A stretch of 64,000 bases of DNA. It comes from Candidatus Bathyarchaeota archaeon. GTDB lineage: Archaea; Thermoproteota; Bathyarchaeia; Bathyarchaeales; Bathycorpusculaceae. This document shows, piece by piece, positions 51,916 through 62,229 of this stretch; the stretch's first letter is position 1; the number at the start of each line of letters is the position of its first letter. A model generated the notes under the pieces. It was not told the DNA's origin. It made no database searches and saw only the letters and a program-made list of their open reading frames with translations. Both the position numbers and the translations under genes were made by a program. The DNA is taken from the NCBI GenBank assembly GCA_963815095.1, contig CAWFFH010000001.1:64001-128000 (forward strand). Direction: 5' to 3'.

Positions 51916-52617
51916 ATGTTTGAATTAAGCTTCGCCGCCTTCGTGGCTTCCTTAGCACTCGTTTTCTTGGCAGAGATGGGTGATAAAACCAAGTTTTAGC
52001 CATGACATTAGCCACAAATACAACCTCTACAAAGTCATCTTCGCAATCTTCTTGGCAACCTTAGCCAACTTTGCCATTGTAATAGTTATAGGTCAACTAA
52101 TAACGACAATTGTGCCGAAGATGCAATTTCATTAGCATCATCAATCGCTTTCATCGGATTTGGGATTTGGATGTGGCGAGAAGAAAAGTCTGAAGAAGCA
52201 AACATTAAGGCTTCACGTTTCGGCATTGTTGCTGCTGTCGGTATCGCATTTTTTGTCGCTGAGTTTGGGGACAAGACGCAACTTGCAACACTGAGTTTAG
52301 CTGCGCAATACCAAAGTCCCCTAAGCGTTCTATTCGGAGCAACATTAGCGATTCTCCTTGCTGATGGAATCGGAATAATAATTGGTGCTGTCTTTTGCAG
52401 GAGGATTCCTCAGCACAAACTCAAATGGTTATCAGCAATTATCTTTGTCTTGTTTGGGTTGGTTGGTGTTTATGAGGTTTTGTCAAATAGCATTGGTTTG
52501 GATTATACAGCTGTAATTTTGTCTGGACTCACTGTTGTTTCTGTTTGTACAATGTACACTGTTGCGAAGAGGCAAAAACCAACCGAAGAGCCCAAACAAT
52601 GCAAAAAGGCGCCTTAA
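51916..52617 (+). CDS. TMEM165/GDT1 (UPF0016) cation transporter; frameshifts in the 5' part
   Basis: Two copies of the signature: AEMGDKT (51970-51990) and AEFGDKTQLAT. Confidence 0.85.
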
Positions 52618-52625
52618 GTGCCGCT

Positions 52626-54611
52626 TTATTTTTTGTTTCTTCGAAGAGTTTGACTGTTGACTGCCACTAGAACCGTGCTAAGAGACATCAATATCGCTCC
52701 GACCGCGGGATCAATAACAATTCCTAAGCCGGCAAAAACTCCTGCAGCCAAAGGAATAGCAAAAATATTGTAGCCTGCCGCCCACCAAAGGTTTTGAATC
52801 ATCTTCGAATAAGTCCTCTTCGAAAAAGCAATAGTTTTGGGAACGTCCCGAGGATCATTTTTTACAAGGATTATGTCGGCGCTCTCAATTGCAACATCAG
52901 TTCCGGCTCCGATAGCGATACCAACATCTGCAGTAGCCAACGCTGGCGCATCATTGATGCCGTCACCAACCATCGCTACCCTAAAACCCTGATTCTGCAA
53001 CTCTTTTATTTTCTTTGCTTTCTGGTCAGGCAACACCCCAGCAAAAAACGCATCAATCCCTACTATTTCCGCGGCACTCTTTGCAACTTCCTGTGAATCG
53101 CCAGTTAACATGTAAACTTTGATTCCTTGAGTTTTCAAATCTTGCACTGCTGCTTTTGATTCTTCCCGGATTTGATCCGCAAGCCCAAAAACTCCGACAA
53201 GTTTACCATCAACTACCGTGAAAACGGTTGTCTTGCCTGCTTTTTGAAGATCAATCTTTTTAACGTCGTCGCTTTGAATGTTTAGTTCTTCAAGGAGACT
53301 TTGGCTTCCGACATAAACCGTTTTACTGTTGACTTTTGCTTTAGCGCCCTTTCCTGGGATGGCTTCAAAATTTTGGCTTTTGGGTATAGTTATGCCTTTT
53401 TCTTCTACGTATTTAATTATAGCTTTTGCAATGGTGTGTTCCGAATTCTGCTCTACTGCTGCAGTTAAAGTTAAGAGGTCATTCTCTGAAATGAAGGAAA
53501 TCATGTTGCTTACTCCGAATTGACCAGTTGTTAAGGTGCCTGTTTTGTCGAATACAACTGCGTTTACGTCTTTTGCATTTTCGAAAGCTTTTCTATCCCT
53601 GACTAGAATCCCGCTTTTGGCGGTCATAGCAGTAGAAAGCGCTACGACAAGCGGTATCGCCAAGCCCAACGCATGGGGACAGGCAATCACAAGCACGGTG
53701 ACAGTTCGAGTTAAGGCAAACTGAATGTTTCCAAACGATCCCCAAACCAGGAAAGTTACTGCTCCAACGATTACGGCAACGTAGAAGAGCAGTGCGGCTG
53801 CCCGGTTGGCGAGATCTTGGGTTCGGGATTTGCTTTCTTGAGCTTGCCTAACAAGCTTGACCACTTGAGATAGATAAGTTTCTTCGCCAGTGCGCTCAAT
53901 TTTAACTGTTAAGGCACCATCGCCGTTTATTGCCCCGCCGATTACAGTATCTAAAGGCTGTTTAAGCACAGGACGTGATTCACCCGTCAAAAGTGCTTCG
54001 TTAACAAAAGATTCTCCTTCAATTACAACGCTGTCCGATGGTGCTTTCTCGCCCGGACGAATCAAAATGACATCGCCGACTTTTAGTTCAGAAGCCGGCA
54101 TATCCATGATCATTCCATCTTCCACCATATGGGCGGTGGTTGGCATTACTCTCACAAGCTCTTCAAGTGCACGTGAGGCGCCTAGAACGCTTCTTGCTTC
54201 AAGCCAATGTCCAAGCAACATAACATCGATTAAGGTAGCGAGTTCCCAGAAAAAGTCGTTACCCACTGGGAAAAAAACTGTTGCAGCAGAAAAGAAAAAG
54301 GCAACCGAGATTGCGGATCCTATGAGTGTCATCATTCCCGGTTGTCGTGCTCTAAGTTCCTGAATCGATCCCTTGAGGAACGGCCAACCGCCGTATGCAT
54401 ATATGATTAACGATAGAACTAAAAGAACGTACGTTTGATATGGAAACGTTAGATTGTAGTGAAACCATGTTTGAATGGCTTGTGAAAAAATCAAAACTGG
54501 AATTGTGAGAATAAGGCAAACAAAAAATCGGGTTCTTAAGGGTTCTGAATGCATACTATGGTTTGGAAATTGGGGTTTCATCCCCTGCATGCTATGGCCC
54601 TCATGGTTCAT
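52626..54611 (-). CDS. copB: Copper-translocating P1B-3 ATPase (CopB type)
   Basis: His/Met-rich N-terminus, TGES, CPH in the TM motif (IACPHALGL), DKTGT, GDGINDAP, YN and MSLS ligands. Confidence 0.92.
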   Translation of the reverse strand: MNHEGHSMQGMKPQFPNHSMHSEPLRTRFFVCLILTIPVLIFSQAIQTWFHYNLTFPYQTYVLLVLSLIIYAYGGWPFLKGSIQELRARQPGMMTLIGSAISVAFFFSAATVFFPVGNDFFWELATLIDVMLLGHWLEARSVLGASRALEELVRVMPTTAHMVEDGMIMDMPASELKVGDVILIRPGEKAPSDSVVIEGESFVNEALLTGESRPVLKQPLDTVIGGAINGDGALTVKIERTGEETYLSQVVKLVRQAQESKSRTQDLANRAAALLFYVAVIVGAVTFLVWGSFGNIQFALTRTVTVLVIACPHALGLAIPLVVALSTAMTAKSGILVRDRKAFENAKDVNAVVFDKTGTLTTGQFGVSNMISFISENDLLTLTAAVEQNSEHTIAKAIIKYVEEKGITIPKSQNFEAIPGKGAKAKVNSKTVYVGSQSLLEELNIQSDDVKKIDLQKAGKTTVFTVVDGKLVGVFGLADQIREESKAAVQDLKTQGIKVYMLTGDSQEVAKSAAEIVGIDAFFAGVLPDQKAKKIKELQNQGFRVAMVGDGINDAPALATADVGIAIGAGTDVAIESADIILVKNDPRDVPKTIAFSKRTYSKMIQNLWWAAGYNIFAIPLAAGVFAGLGIVIDPAVGAILMSLSTVLVAVNSQTLRRNKK

Positions 54612-54758
54612 ATTTGCTCAAGTCATAATTAGTGCTGTGAAAGAAAAAAGTTACTTAAAAACATCTAAAATTAATGCCAACATCCGAAGCTTATCAGAAG
54701 GTCTAAATTATTGCTCGTTTTTTCTAATGACCGCATAAAACTGTTTTGGGTTTTTGAT

Positions 54759-54879
54759 GAATCCCCGGTTAACTTGGCGCAAACGCGAAGTTTTGGAAGA
54801 GAGAGGGGAACATAACTTTGTCGCTGGCGTTATGTTAACCGGTGATTCTTCGACGCTTCGGATTATCTCGTCCTACGCC
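54759..54879. repeat. 15-bp inverted repeat with internal hairpin in the mobA-like/copB spacer
   Basis: GAATCCCCGGTTAAC (54759-73) and GTTAACCGGTGATTC (54834-48), 14/15 complementary; AACATAAC/GTTATGTT hairpin overlaps the right arm. Confidence 0.55.
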
Positions 54880-54953
54880 GTTTAATATTCAATGGTATTT
54901 GGATAATAAAAATTAATGTGGGTGTAGCGTTACAACAACAACTTATCTGATTT

Positions 54954-55619
54954 TCAACGTTTTTTTGAGGGTTTTTGTTTTTCTTTACTTGTTTTCCTGG
55001 GTTTAAACATTACCGCGGCTTTCTTTAAGTCTAGAGGTGTGATTACCCTGAAGAACGACTTTAAGTCGGGATCTAACTGTTCAATGACCAGCATAGACAT
55101 GTAACGTACTCCACGCATCTTCTCAACCATTGTCTGCATGTCGAGTTGGTTTTCCTCTAACGTTTCTTTTGCAGCTTTCAAGGCTTGTTTTGTGTTGTAA
55201 ACAGCGTGTATGGGTTCAATATCTTGGTTTGTATATCGTGGAACAGTAGCTGCTTTACCAAGACCGCAGTCAAAGAGCAAAGACAAAACTTCTTGGGAAA
55301 CAAACGGGCTATCAAACGGTAAAAGTGCGGAATATTCTCCACTAGCTGCCTCAAAACCAGTTAAAGCTCCAACCAAAGGCCATTTAGATTCACGATCTTC
55401 AACAACAAACCTGACTGTTGGCGCAAGCAGTTTTGAATATTTGTCTGCGCTCTCTTGAGAGGTCGTTACTACGATAATTTCGTCTACAAGACCTTTCACG
55501 GTATCAACTGCACGGCTAATTAATGATTTACCTTCCAGTTCTACAATGCCTTTATCGCAATTGAACTTGTTTGAGGAACTGTCTGCCAGAATAATCGCTG
55601 ACTTATTCAACAATTGCAT
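54954..55619 (-). CDS. MobA-like NTP transferase (molybdenum cofactor guanylyltransferase family)
   Basis: DKG...EGKSLI, PLVGALTG, PFDSPF, EPIHAVY, F..V.TP.DL; the N-terminal glycine loop is degenerate. Confidence 0.78.
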   Translation of the reverse strand: MQLLNKSAIILADSSSNKFNCDKGIVELEGKSLISRAVDTVKGLVDEIIVVTTSQESADKYSKLLAPTVRFVVEDRESKWPLVGALTGFEAASGEYSALLPFDSPFVSQEVLSLLFDCGLGKAATVPRYTNQDIEPIHAVYNTKQALKAAKETLEENQLDMQTMVEKMRGVRYMSMLVIEQLDPDLKSFFRVITPLDLKKAAVMFKPRKTSKEKQKPSKKR

Positions 55620-55690
55620 CTCCAATTAGGAAATTCTAGCACGTGCAGTATTGTTTAAGCTTTTTCGTTAAGAAAATAAAAGAAAATAGG

Positions 55691-56479
55691 CTAGTTCACT
55701 TCGTTGGTCTCTATCTTTCTTGCCATCTCAGCGAGTATCTTGGTGAAGGGGTGGTCGGGTTTATCCTGAACGAAAATCAGGTTTCCTTCGGCTCTGAGGA
55801 TTTCGCAGAAACATGGCACCATACCCAGCATTGGAACTTGATAGTCAGCTTTGATTTTATTTTGCATCTCAGTTTTTTTAGCAGTAGCTCCCGCATCTAG
55901 CACCTTGTTTAGCACTAAACCTGTTTTCTTCTCGAAAAGGTTGTAGAGTTCTTGGAGCATTCGTTTTGTTCCGTCTACGTCTGATCGGTCGCCCGTTGTT
56001 GCGACAACCACAAAATCAGCAGCTACGATTGCGTTAATTGAGGAGTATTGTAATCCTGGACTTGTGTCAAAAATTAAATAGTCAAATTTCTGGTCTTTAA
56101 GCAATGTGTCCTTGAGTGCCAGAAGTCGACCTAAGGCACGCATTTCCCACTTGCGGTCTTTTGAGGATACGTCGCGGATTGCTTCTGTAGCTGGGTTTGC
56201 TAAGCAAGCGTAGAACTTGCCGCTTCCTGGTATTCTGCTGCTTAAATCTATGAGGGTTTTGTTGATTTCGCATGTGTTGTTTAGGTAATCGTTGAGCCAG
56301 AAATCTGCATTAGGAGTTTTGAGGATGGCAAACAAGCTTGGGGCTCGAAAGTCAAGGTCAAAAATGGCGACTTTCTTTCCATTTTTGGCGAAGGTTGCTG
56401 CTAAATTGACTGAAAGCAGGGTTTTTCCTGTTCCGCCTTTGTATGAGTGTACTGCGATTATTTTGCTCATGTCTTTCAA
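55691..56479 (-). CDS. MinD/ParA family ATPase
   Basis: Deviant Walker A KGGTGKT, DLD...PSL, FDTSPG, VLNKV. Confidence 0.92.
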   Translation of the reverse strand: MKDMSKIIAVHSYKGGTGKTLLSVNLAATFAKNGKKVAIFDLDFRAPSLFAILKTPNADFWLNDYLNNTCEINKTLIDLSSRIPGSGKFYACLANPATEAIRDVSSKDRKWEMRALGRLLALKDTLLKDQKFDYLIFDTSPGLQYSSINAIVAADFVVVATTGDRSDVDGTKRMLQELYNLFEKKTGLVLNKVLDAGATAKKTEMQNKIKADYQVPMLGMVPCFCEILRAEGNLIFVQDKPDHPFTKILAEMARKIETNEVN

Positions 56480-56868
56480 CTCTGTGTCTCTCTTTCTATG
56501 AAGAAATAGGCTTTGCGGCCATTACGTTCTTTCTTTAGGTAGCCCATAATGACTAGTTGGTTGAGGTAAGCGCTTTCTACTGCTCGGGCACGTTTAGTTT
56601 GATCTGAAATTTCTTCAGCTGTAGCTTTTGTTAGCCTGCAAATTGTCATAGCTGTCTTTCTTAGGTGATCAGGCATCGATAGAAGAGTCATAACATCCAA
56701 AGATGCATCGGGTAATGCTAATGATGTTTTTTGGTTATTGGGGTTGCCGTTGCTGTTCTTTTGGATTTCAATCATGATTTCTATTTTGTCGTTTAGTTTC
56801 TCGAGGCTTTCTTCTATCTTTTCTAAGATGTTTAAGGGTTTTTTATTTGATAGTTCGTTTCTAATCAC
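56476..56868 (-). CDS. Coiled-coil + winged-helix DNA-binding protein
   Basis: N-terminal heptads LEKIEESLEKLNDKIE; MPDHLRKTA..ATAEEIS..TKRARAVESAYLNQLV..GYL...R.GRK..F. Confidence 0.75.
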   Translation of the reverse strand: MIRNELSNKKPLNILEKIEESLEKLNDKIEIMIEIQKNSNGNPNNQKTSLALPDASLDVMTLLSMPDHLRKTAMTICRLTKATAEEISDQTKRARAVESAYLNQLVIMGYLKKERNGRKAYFFIERETQS

Positions 56869-57061
56869 ACGTTATCCCCGAGTTATTTTTCATCTGTACA
56901 GTTTGATAATTTAAGGAAGTGGAGTTTATTAAGTCTTGCGAAACTTGAGTACTTATTTGAACTACATAAAAAAAAGCGATAAAACATTGCTGGCATTACT
57001 AAAAAAGAAAAAATTAATTGAAGACTATTTGAGGGGGTTTAAAGGGATTAAAACTGGGAAT

Positions 57062-57382
57062 TTAGTAGGGAATAGGAGTTTGACTTCTTGCTTCCTCTAC
57101 TATAGGTAAGACTTGTTTTAATTCCTTGAAGTATTTCAGTACTGTTATTCCTCGTTGTGTAACAACGAAAACTACGCGAGCTTTACCCACGGTACGCTCT
57201 TCAACTAGACCCTGCTTTATGAGGAAGTCTAAGTATTCTTTGAGGACACTACAGTTAACGTTTGCTTTGTACATGACATGTGTTAGCTTTAGGGGTCCTC
57301 GGTGGGCAAGCACTGTCAAGATGTCGACGTACATTTCAAGTTTTGATCTACGCACTTTCATATTCCTCTTTTTTTTATTCAA
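57062..57382 (-). CDS. Archaeal winged-helix transcription regulator (HTH_45/DUF4364-like)
   Basis: RRSKLEMYVDIL...THVMYKANVN...L..YL.FL...GL.....T.RG. Confidence 0.85.
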   Translation of the reverse strand: MNKKKRNMKVRRSKLEMYVDILTVLAHRGPLKLTHVMYKANVNCSVLKEYLDFLIKQGLVEERTVGKARVVFVVTQRGITVLKYFKELKQVLPIVEEARSQTPIPY

Positions 57383-57444
57383 TGCTCCGTTTTATTATAA
57401 AACATTTATGTATTAATAATCAGTGTATTTGTCCATATCAGCGG

Positions 57445-57624
57445 TTAATTGGCTGTTTTCCTAGCAACATTGTTTAACACATTTAATCTATTTTCGAAGG
57501 CTGTAACCAAGTCATCTAGTAGTATTTCACGCAATTCTGTCGACAATCCGTTGATTTTCTCATCGAAGGCATTGGCTAATTTTGCTTCTAATTCTTTTCT
57601 ATCTTTATCCGCCATTAGCTTCAT
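57445..57624 (-). CDS. Small helical hypothetical protein
   Basis: ATG at 57624 after GGAG; LSTELREILLDDLVTAFENRL amphipathic helix. Confidence 0.6.
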   Translation of the reverse strand: MKLMADKDRKELEAKLANAFDEKINGLSTELREILLDDLVTAFENRLNVLNNVARKTAN

Positions 57625-58167
57625 ACAATTTGCTCCAATTTCTGATGACAATGAGATAGTTGAAGGTATATAACTCACTTATGAATGCAACATATGAATC
57701 GATAATCGATAATCGAAATCAAACTTCGTCCTGGAGATATTTAATCGTGCTTGCCTTGACCTGTTTCTTTCCGTTGTCACTTTTTTGTGGTTCATTGGCG
57801 AAACGGTTTACAGTTTCTGGGTGGAATTTCGTTGATTGTTAAAATTTAAAGGTGCGGCAGTTATAATAATTTTTATATAACCCATAGGGGGTGGATTTAG
57901 ATTAAAGAGCAATATTTCGTCTCGTTATTGTCAATTCTAATTTTTCGAAAATGAATATGATTTATGTGTTTTTGTTTGATACAGCAATCGCTGTCTGTTT
58001 ATGTGAATTTTTATTAAGTAGTTGTTGTTTGTTTACAATCACAAACAAATTTAAGCAGCATTTGTCTTTTTTAAATATGAAAAGTGTTAGATCAGAAATT
58101 CAATTGTATCTTTTTTGAAGGTTTTTTTTAGTGTTTAACTCTTTTAAAGAGAAATCGTGGAGTGTTA

Positions 58168-58349
58168 TGCTCCTGAAAGGATACGTTTCTAACGATCAGG
58201 TTCGTGCGGAGCGGTGCGAAAACTGTAAATCAAGAACAGAAGTCTTAACCGCAAATTACAACAACCCCAACCTCCTGCTATATGGTTGCAAGGACAGCAA
58301 ATGCCGACATAGGTTTCTAAGATTGGATTTTGATTCCGCAGCCTTCTAA
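58168..58349 (+). CDS. Small zinc-ribbon protein
   Basis: CENC...C..SKC..RF; ATG after GGAG. Confidence 0.5.
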
Positions 58350-58612
58350 GAAAGAAACCTTAAGAGCATAAACTATACCTGAAACTGACTCGGAAAATTT
58401 CTTCTTAAAGATTTTCTTACTCATGATTATTTAGGTAAAACTAAGAGAAAAACTAATCTGTTAACGTTGCTTTTATGAGGTATAGAACATAAATTTTCAC
58501 TGTTCCTTTCTGCTTTTAAAAAATAATTACATTTTTGAAGGCTAAGAAAGCAAACAATAAATAATGTTTAGTACTGGATTTAAGTTAGAGCTACTTTTGG
58601 ATGGTGCAGGTA

Positions 58613-59356
58613 ATGGAAAAAAAAGTTGGGGACGATTTTCAATCTGAATCAAAGTACAATCGTAACAAAAGAATGGGCGGCAACTTGGATTGGGTAAACA
58701 AACCAGAAATTTACAAAGACTATCCATCCAGCAAAACTATTCAATTACCAAACCAGTTTCAAGAATCAATGATTAGTTTTAACAATATTCTTCAAAAACG
58801 TAAGAGTATCCGTTCTTTCTCGAGTGAGCCGTTGAGCAAGGTTGATTTGGCTTTTCTTCTTTGGGCATCCACCGGTATTCAAAGAACTGAACACAATTAT
58901 GAGTTTCGCACAACTCCCTCGGCTGGAGCATTGTATCCAATCGAGACTTACATAACTATTAACGATGTGCAAGATGTGGAACAAGGTATCTATCACTATA
59001 ACATAAAGAATCATTCATTAGAAGAAATAAAAATTGGAAATTTTGGAGCCAGATTAGCTCATGCAGCCTTGGACCAAGAGATGTGTGCAGACTCATCAGT
59101 TGTCTTCATCTGGACAGCTGTTTTCGGGAGGTCAAAGTGGAAATACTCGCAGAGAGCCTACAGATACATCTATTTAGATGCAGGGCACATTGCACAAAAT
59201 TTGGCGTTAGCGTCAACCAGTATTGGTTGTGGGTCCTGTGAAATTGGGGCTTTCTTTGATGATGAAATTAATTCATTAGTAGGGATAGATGGAACGGAAG
59301 AGAGCGCAATTTGTCTTAATGTAGTTGGTCATCCTAATCGGCCAAACAACAAATAA
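58613..59356 (+). CDS. SagB/ThcOx-family (nitroreductase-like) dehydrogenase
   Basis: RKSIRSF, RTTPSAGALYPIE, KYSQRAYRY..LDAGHIAQN, GAFFDD. Confidence 0.92.
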   Translation: MEKKVGDDFQSESKYNRNKRMGGNLDWVNKPEIYKDYPSSKTIQLPNQFQESMISFNNILQKRKSIRSFSSEPLSKVDLAFLLWASTGIQRTEHNYEFRTTPSAGALYPIETYITINDVQDVEQGIYHYNIKNHSLEEIKIGNFGARLAHAALDQEMCADSSVVFIWTAVFGRSKWKYSQRAYRYIYLDAGHIAQNLALASTSIGCGSCEIGAFFDDEINSLVGIDGTEESAICLNVVGHPNRPNNK

Positions 59357-59772
59357 TGACTTAAAATAGATAAAGAAGAGCTATGGATCCTGCCAATCAG
59401 AAGTTAAAATATTCCTAAAATGCCTTTAGTGATCTTCTCTTAAAAAAGAAGTTAAAGGCATTTTGATAATGAATTTTATTCCTTTACTTGTTTCCGCCAT
59501 CTTCAGTTATGGTCCTTCATAGACATCTATCATTTTCTTAGAAAGGAATAATCCAAAACCTGTGCTCCGATCTGTGCTTCGAGTCCGATTGTTGTCCCTG
59601 ATCTAACTTGCTTCTTGTGGATTATTGATGGCTATCATTGTCCTCCGTTACAATTATTTAGCCCCGATAGTAAATGCCTTAAGATTTAAAGTCGAACTCT
59701 TATAGAAAAGTCTCATAGAGTAATAACTATAGTTTATTAGGAAGTTTTTAGAATAATGCGTTACGCTCAAAG

Positions 59773-59849
59773 GCGGTAATAGTACAGCTTGGTCAGTACA
59801 TAGGCTTGCCAAGTCTAGGACCCGGGTTCAAATCCCGGTTACCGCACCA
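59773..59849 (+). tRNA. tRNA-Gly(GCC), CCA encoded, no intron
   Basis: Acceptor GCGGTAA/TTACCGC, D stem GTAC/GTAC, anticodon arm TAGGC-TTGCCAA-GTCTA, T arm CCGGG-TTCAAAT-CCCGG, ACCA end. Confidence 0.96.
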
Positions 59850-60404
59850 ATCTTCCAATTCAATTCCTCATCTTATTCTTCTTTCAGATAATCGTTATAA
59901 GTTACAAGAAAGCAGCCAATGCACAACCAAAAAGAAATCTTGGAATTCAGGTATGAAACGCCTCGAGGTCTTTGTATCTAAGAAATTAAACAATTGCTTA
60001 AGGACATGCTGAAAAGCGCGCATATTTTAGCAGGGGCGAAGCTGTAACTGACACCGTCATGCGAGAATTACGGTCTGCGGGCTTTCGTCTATAAGTAAAG
60101 AACATAATTTTTTCCGTAGTAATATTTTAACCACTGCTTTTTCACTACATCAATTGCGAAGTTATGGTTTCACTTTTCTGTCTGGCGCAAGGGTCTTGCG
60201 GTTCTTGAAACGGAAAAAAAAGCATCACGAAACATTAGTCTCGTTAATCTTCTAAAAAAAATGCCTTTTCGTAGTAGCGGCTTTCCTTGTGGACTTGCTA
60301 TCTAGAAGCAAAGTTTGACCACTGCGAAACTGTGTTTTCGCTATACGGATTCCTCAACAAACCTTTTAACTACTACCTTTGAAAGGAAACCAATGGTGTG
60401 AGTA

Positions 60405-60836
60405 ATGATGAGCAATGATTTCTCAGAAGACCCTAATGCCCCCTATTTCGGTCAAAGATGTTTTGGGCTTCTTTTTTCTGTTTGGCGTTCACCGCAATGG
60501 ATTTTAGATTTATCTCATTCGATCGAAGAAAAAATAGGTGGCGCTCTTCTTTGCGGTGATGGCCCACTTCAGATTATACGGGAAGGAAAACAGCCTATTT
60601 GTATGATTTACTTAGGTAGTCGTGTTATCGGAGTTGCGAGACTATTGGGTGTAGAAGTCAATTCGGCTATAAAATATGTTCCTGCAGAAGGCAATTTAAA
60701 AATGCCCTGTTGCTTAGTGCTTGGTAGCTTTGACTGTCAAATACTCCGTGAGATTAAACTCGCTTTTCCGCATGCTTTCAAAGACAATCCAAGTTGGAGA
60801 ATAATTCGCTTCAAGCAAATTTCCGACTCAACATAG
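60405..60836 (+). CDS. Hypothetical protein
   Basis: 143-aa ORF after a GGTG-like ribosome-binding site; no recognised motif. Confidence 0.45.
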   Translation: MMSNDFSEDPNAPYFGQRCFGLLFSVWRSPQWILDLSHSIEEKIGGALLCGDGPLQIIREGKQPICMIYLGSRVIGVARLLGVEVNSAIKYVPAEGNLKMPCCLVLGSFDCQILREIKLAFPHAFKDNPSWRIIRFKQISDST

Positions 60837-61118
60837 TTTTAGCACCGTGTTGTTGTGACTTATGGTAACCGAAGCTTTGAACTGCACGTCTAGGTCTCGA
60901 TTACCGAACTCGCATAATTTCAATTTAATGCTTTATCTACCAAATTCGTTGTGTCTCCGAAGTAAAAAGTGTAAGAATGAATGAAGTTAACGCTATCTTT
61001 GTTGTTTTAACCTATTTGAAATGGCATTCTCTTAGATTACTTCTCTTTACAGATTTCATTAATAAAATTGGCGCGTTGCATCACTGATAAATACAACTTT
61101 TATAATAATGAGTAATAG

Positions 61119-62069
61119 ATGCTAGTTCTTAAACGAAGTAAAATAATGTCGTTGATTGCGCTATTAATCACAGTCATATTGATTATTTCAGTAGTGTTCA
61201 TTATTCAATATTATCCGAAGCCTACGACTGGTCCACATGCTTCCTCGACACCTGTTCCTTCTTCTCATCCAACCCCCACAACCAATCCAACATCAACTCC
61301 AAAGTCCAGTTCTACAGCCACTCCACAACCCACACGAGCTCCTTATCTATTCCCAAGCGAAGTAACTAATTATCAGAACCAAACCCTAACTACGGTTAGT
61401 GCTTACATCGACTTAATTATTGCACATCCGGATGTTGCCATCGCTGGAATACAGCATGTAGATCAAGCAACATACCACTTAGCAATTACTGGTATGGTAA
61501 ATAATCCAATAAATTATACCTACAATGAAGTCGTCAACAACTTCAATTCAACCTTGCAAGTGGCTACGTTACCGTGTGTCGAAGGATGGAGTGCAACCTT
61601 GCTCTGGCAAGGCATCCCGATAAGTGACCTTCTCCAGCAACAGGGTGTGGGTCCAAATGCAAACACACTTATTTTCTTGGCAGCCGACGGCTACACAACT
61701 TCGCTACCCTTGAGCTACGTGAACGAGAATAACATTATGATAGCCTACAAAATGAACAACGTTACCCTTACACCCCAAACCGGATTTCCATTCTTTTTGG
61801 TAGCTAAAAACCAATATGGATACAAATGGATAGAGTGGCTAACAGAAATCAATGTATCCAGCGATTCAAACTATCTTGGATTCTGGGAAAGTCGAGGTTA
61901 CCCAAACAACGCAACAGTTCTTGGCTCCGCACAACCCATAGGCAGTGCTCAACTCATCCTTCCAGCGGTCGCCATTTCAGTTGCATCCGTGGCTATTGGG
62001 GCGGCCGTAATTGTTTCTCGGCGCCAAGTAAAGAATAAGCAAAAATTAATCACGATCGCGGTACATTGA
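61119..62069 (+). CDS. Molybdopterin-dependent oxidoreductase (sulfite oxidase/MsrP-like), extracellular and membrane-anchored
   Basis: LPCVEGWS (Mo-ligating Cys), DGYTTSLP, GFP, YGYKW..WL, GFWESRGY; N- and C-terminal TM helices and a P/T linker. Confidence 0.88.
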   Translation: MLVLKRSKIMSLIALLITVILIISVVFIIQYYPKPTTGPHASSTPVPSSHPTPTTNPTSTPKSSSTATPQPTRAPYLFPSEVTNYQNQTLTTVSAYIDLIIAHPDVAIAGIQHVDQATYHLAITGMVNNPINYTYNEVVNNFNSTLQVATLPCVEGWSATLLWQGIPISDLLQQQGVGPNANTLIFLAADGYTTSLPLSYVNENNIMIAYKMNNVTLTPQTGFPFFLVAKNQYGYKWIEWLTEINVSSDSNYLGFWESRGYPNNATVLGSAQPIGSAQLILPAVAISVASVAIGAAVIVSRRQVKNKQKLITIAVH

Positions 62070-62229
62070 GCAATGTTCGTCGAAAGCACCATTTTTTAAT
62101 GAAATTTAGATTTACTGTTTTGTTGTTGATTAAGTACAGTCACAATAGTATATGTAGTCTTGTTCCTTCTCACCTATTACCAAGCAATCGGCATAACAGT
62201 TGCTCAATTATTTCTTAGAAGGAAAAATT

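Noticed and set aside
57840-58600. Replication origin in the AT-rich spacer (also 26950-27310)
   Set aside because: No recognisable paired ORB elements and no orc1/cdc6 gene nearby.
58613-59356. RiPP (azole) biosynthesis cluster around the SagB-like gene
   Set aside because: No YcaO or precursor peptide nearby; stand-alone SagB-like nitroreductases are common in archaea.
59806-60012. 68-aa ORF
   Set aside because: Starts inside tRNA-Gly; spurious.
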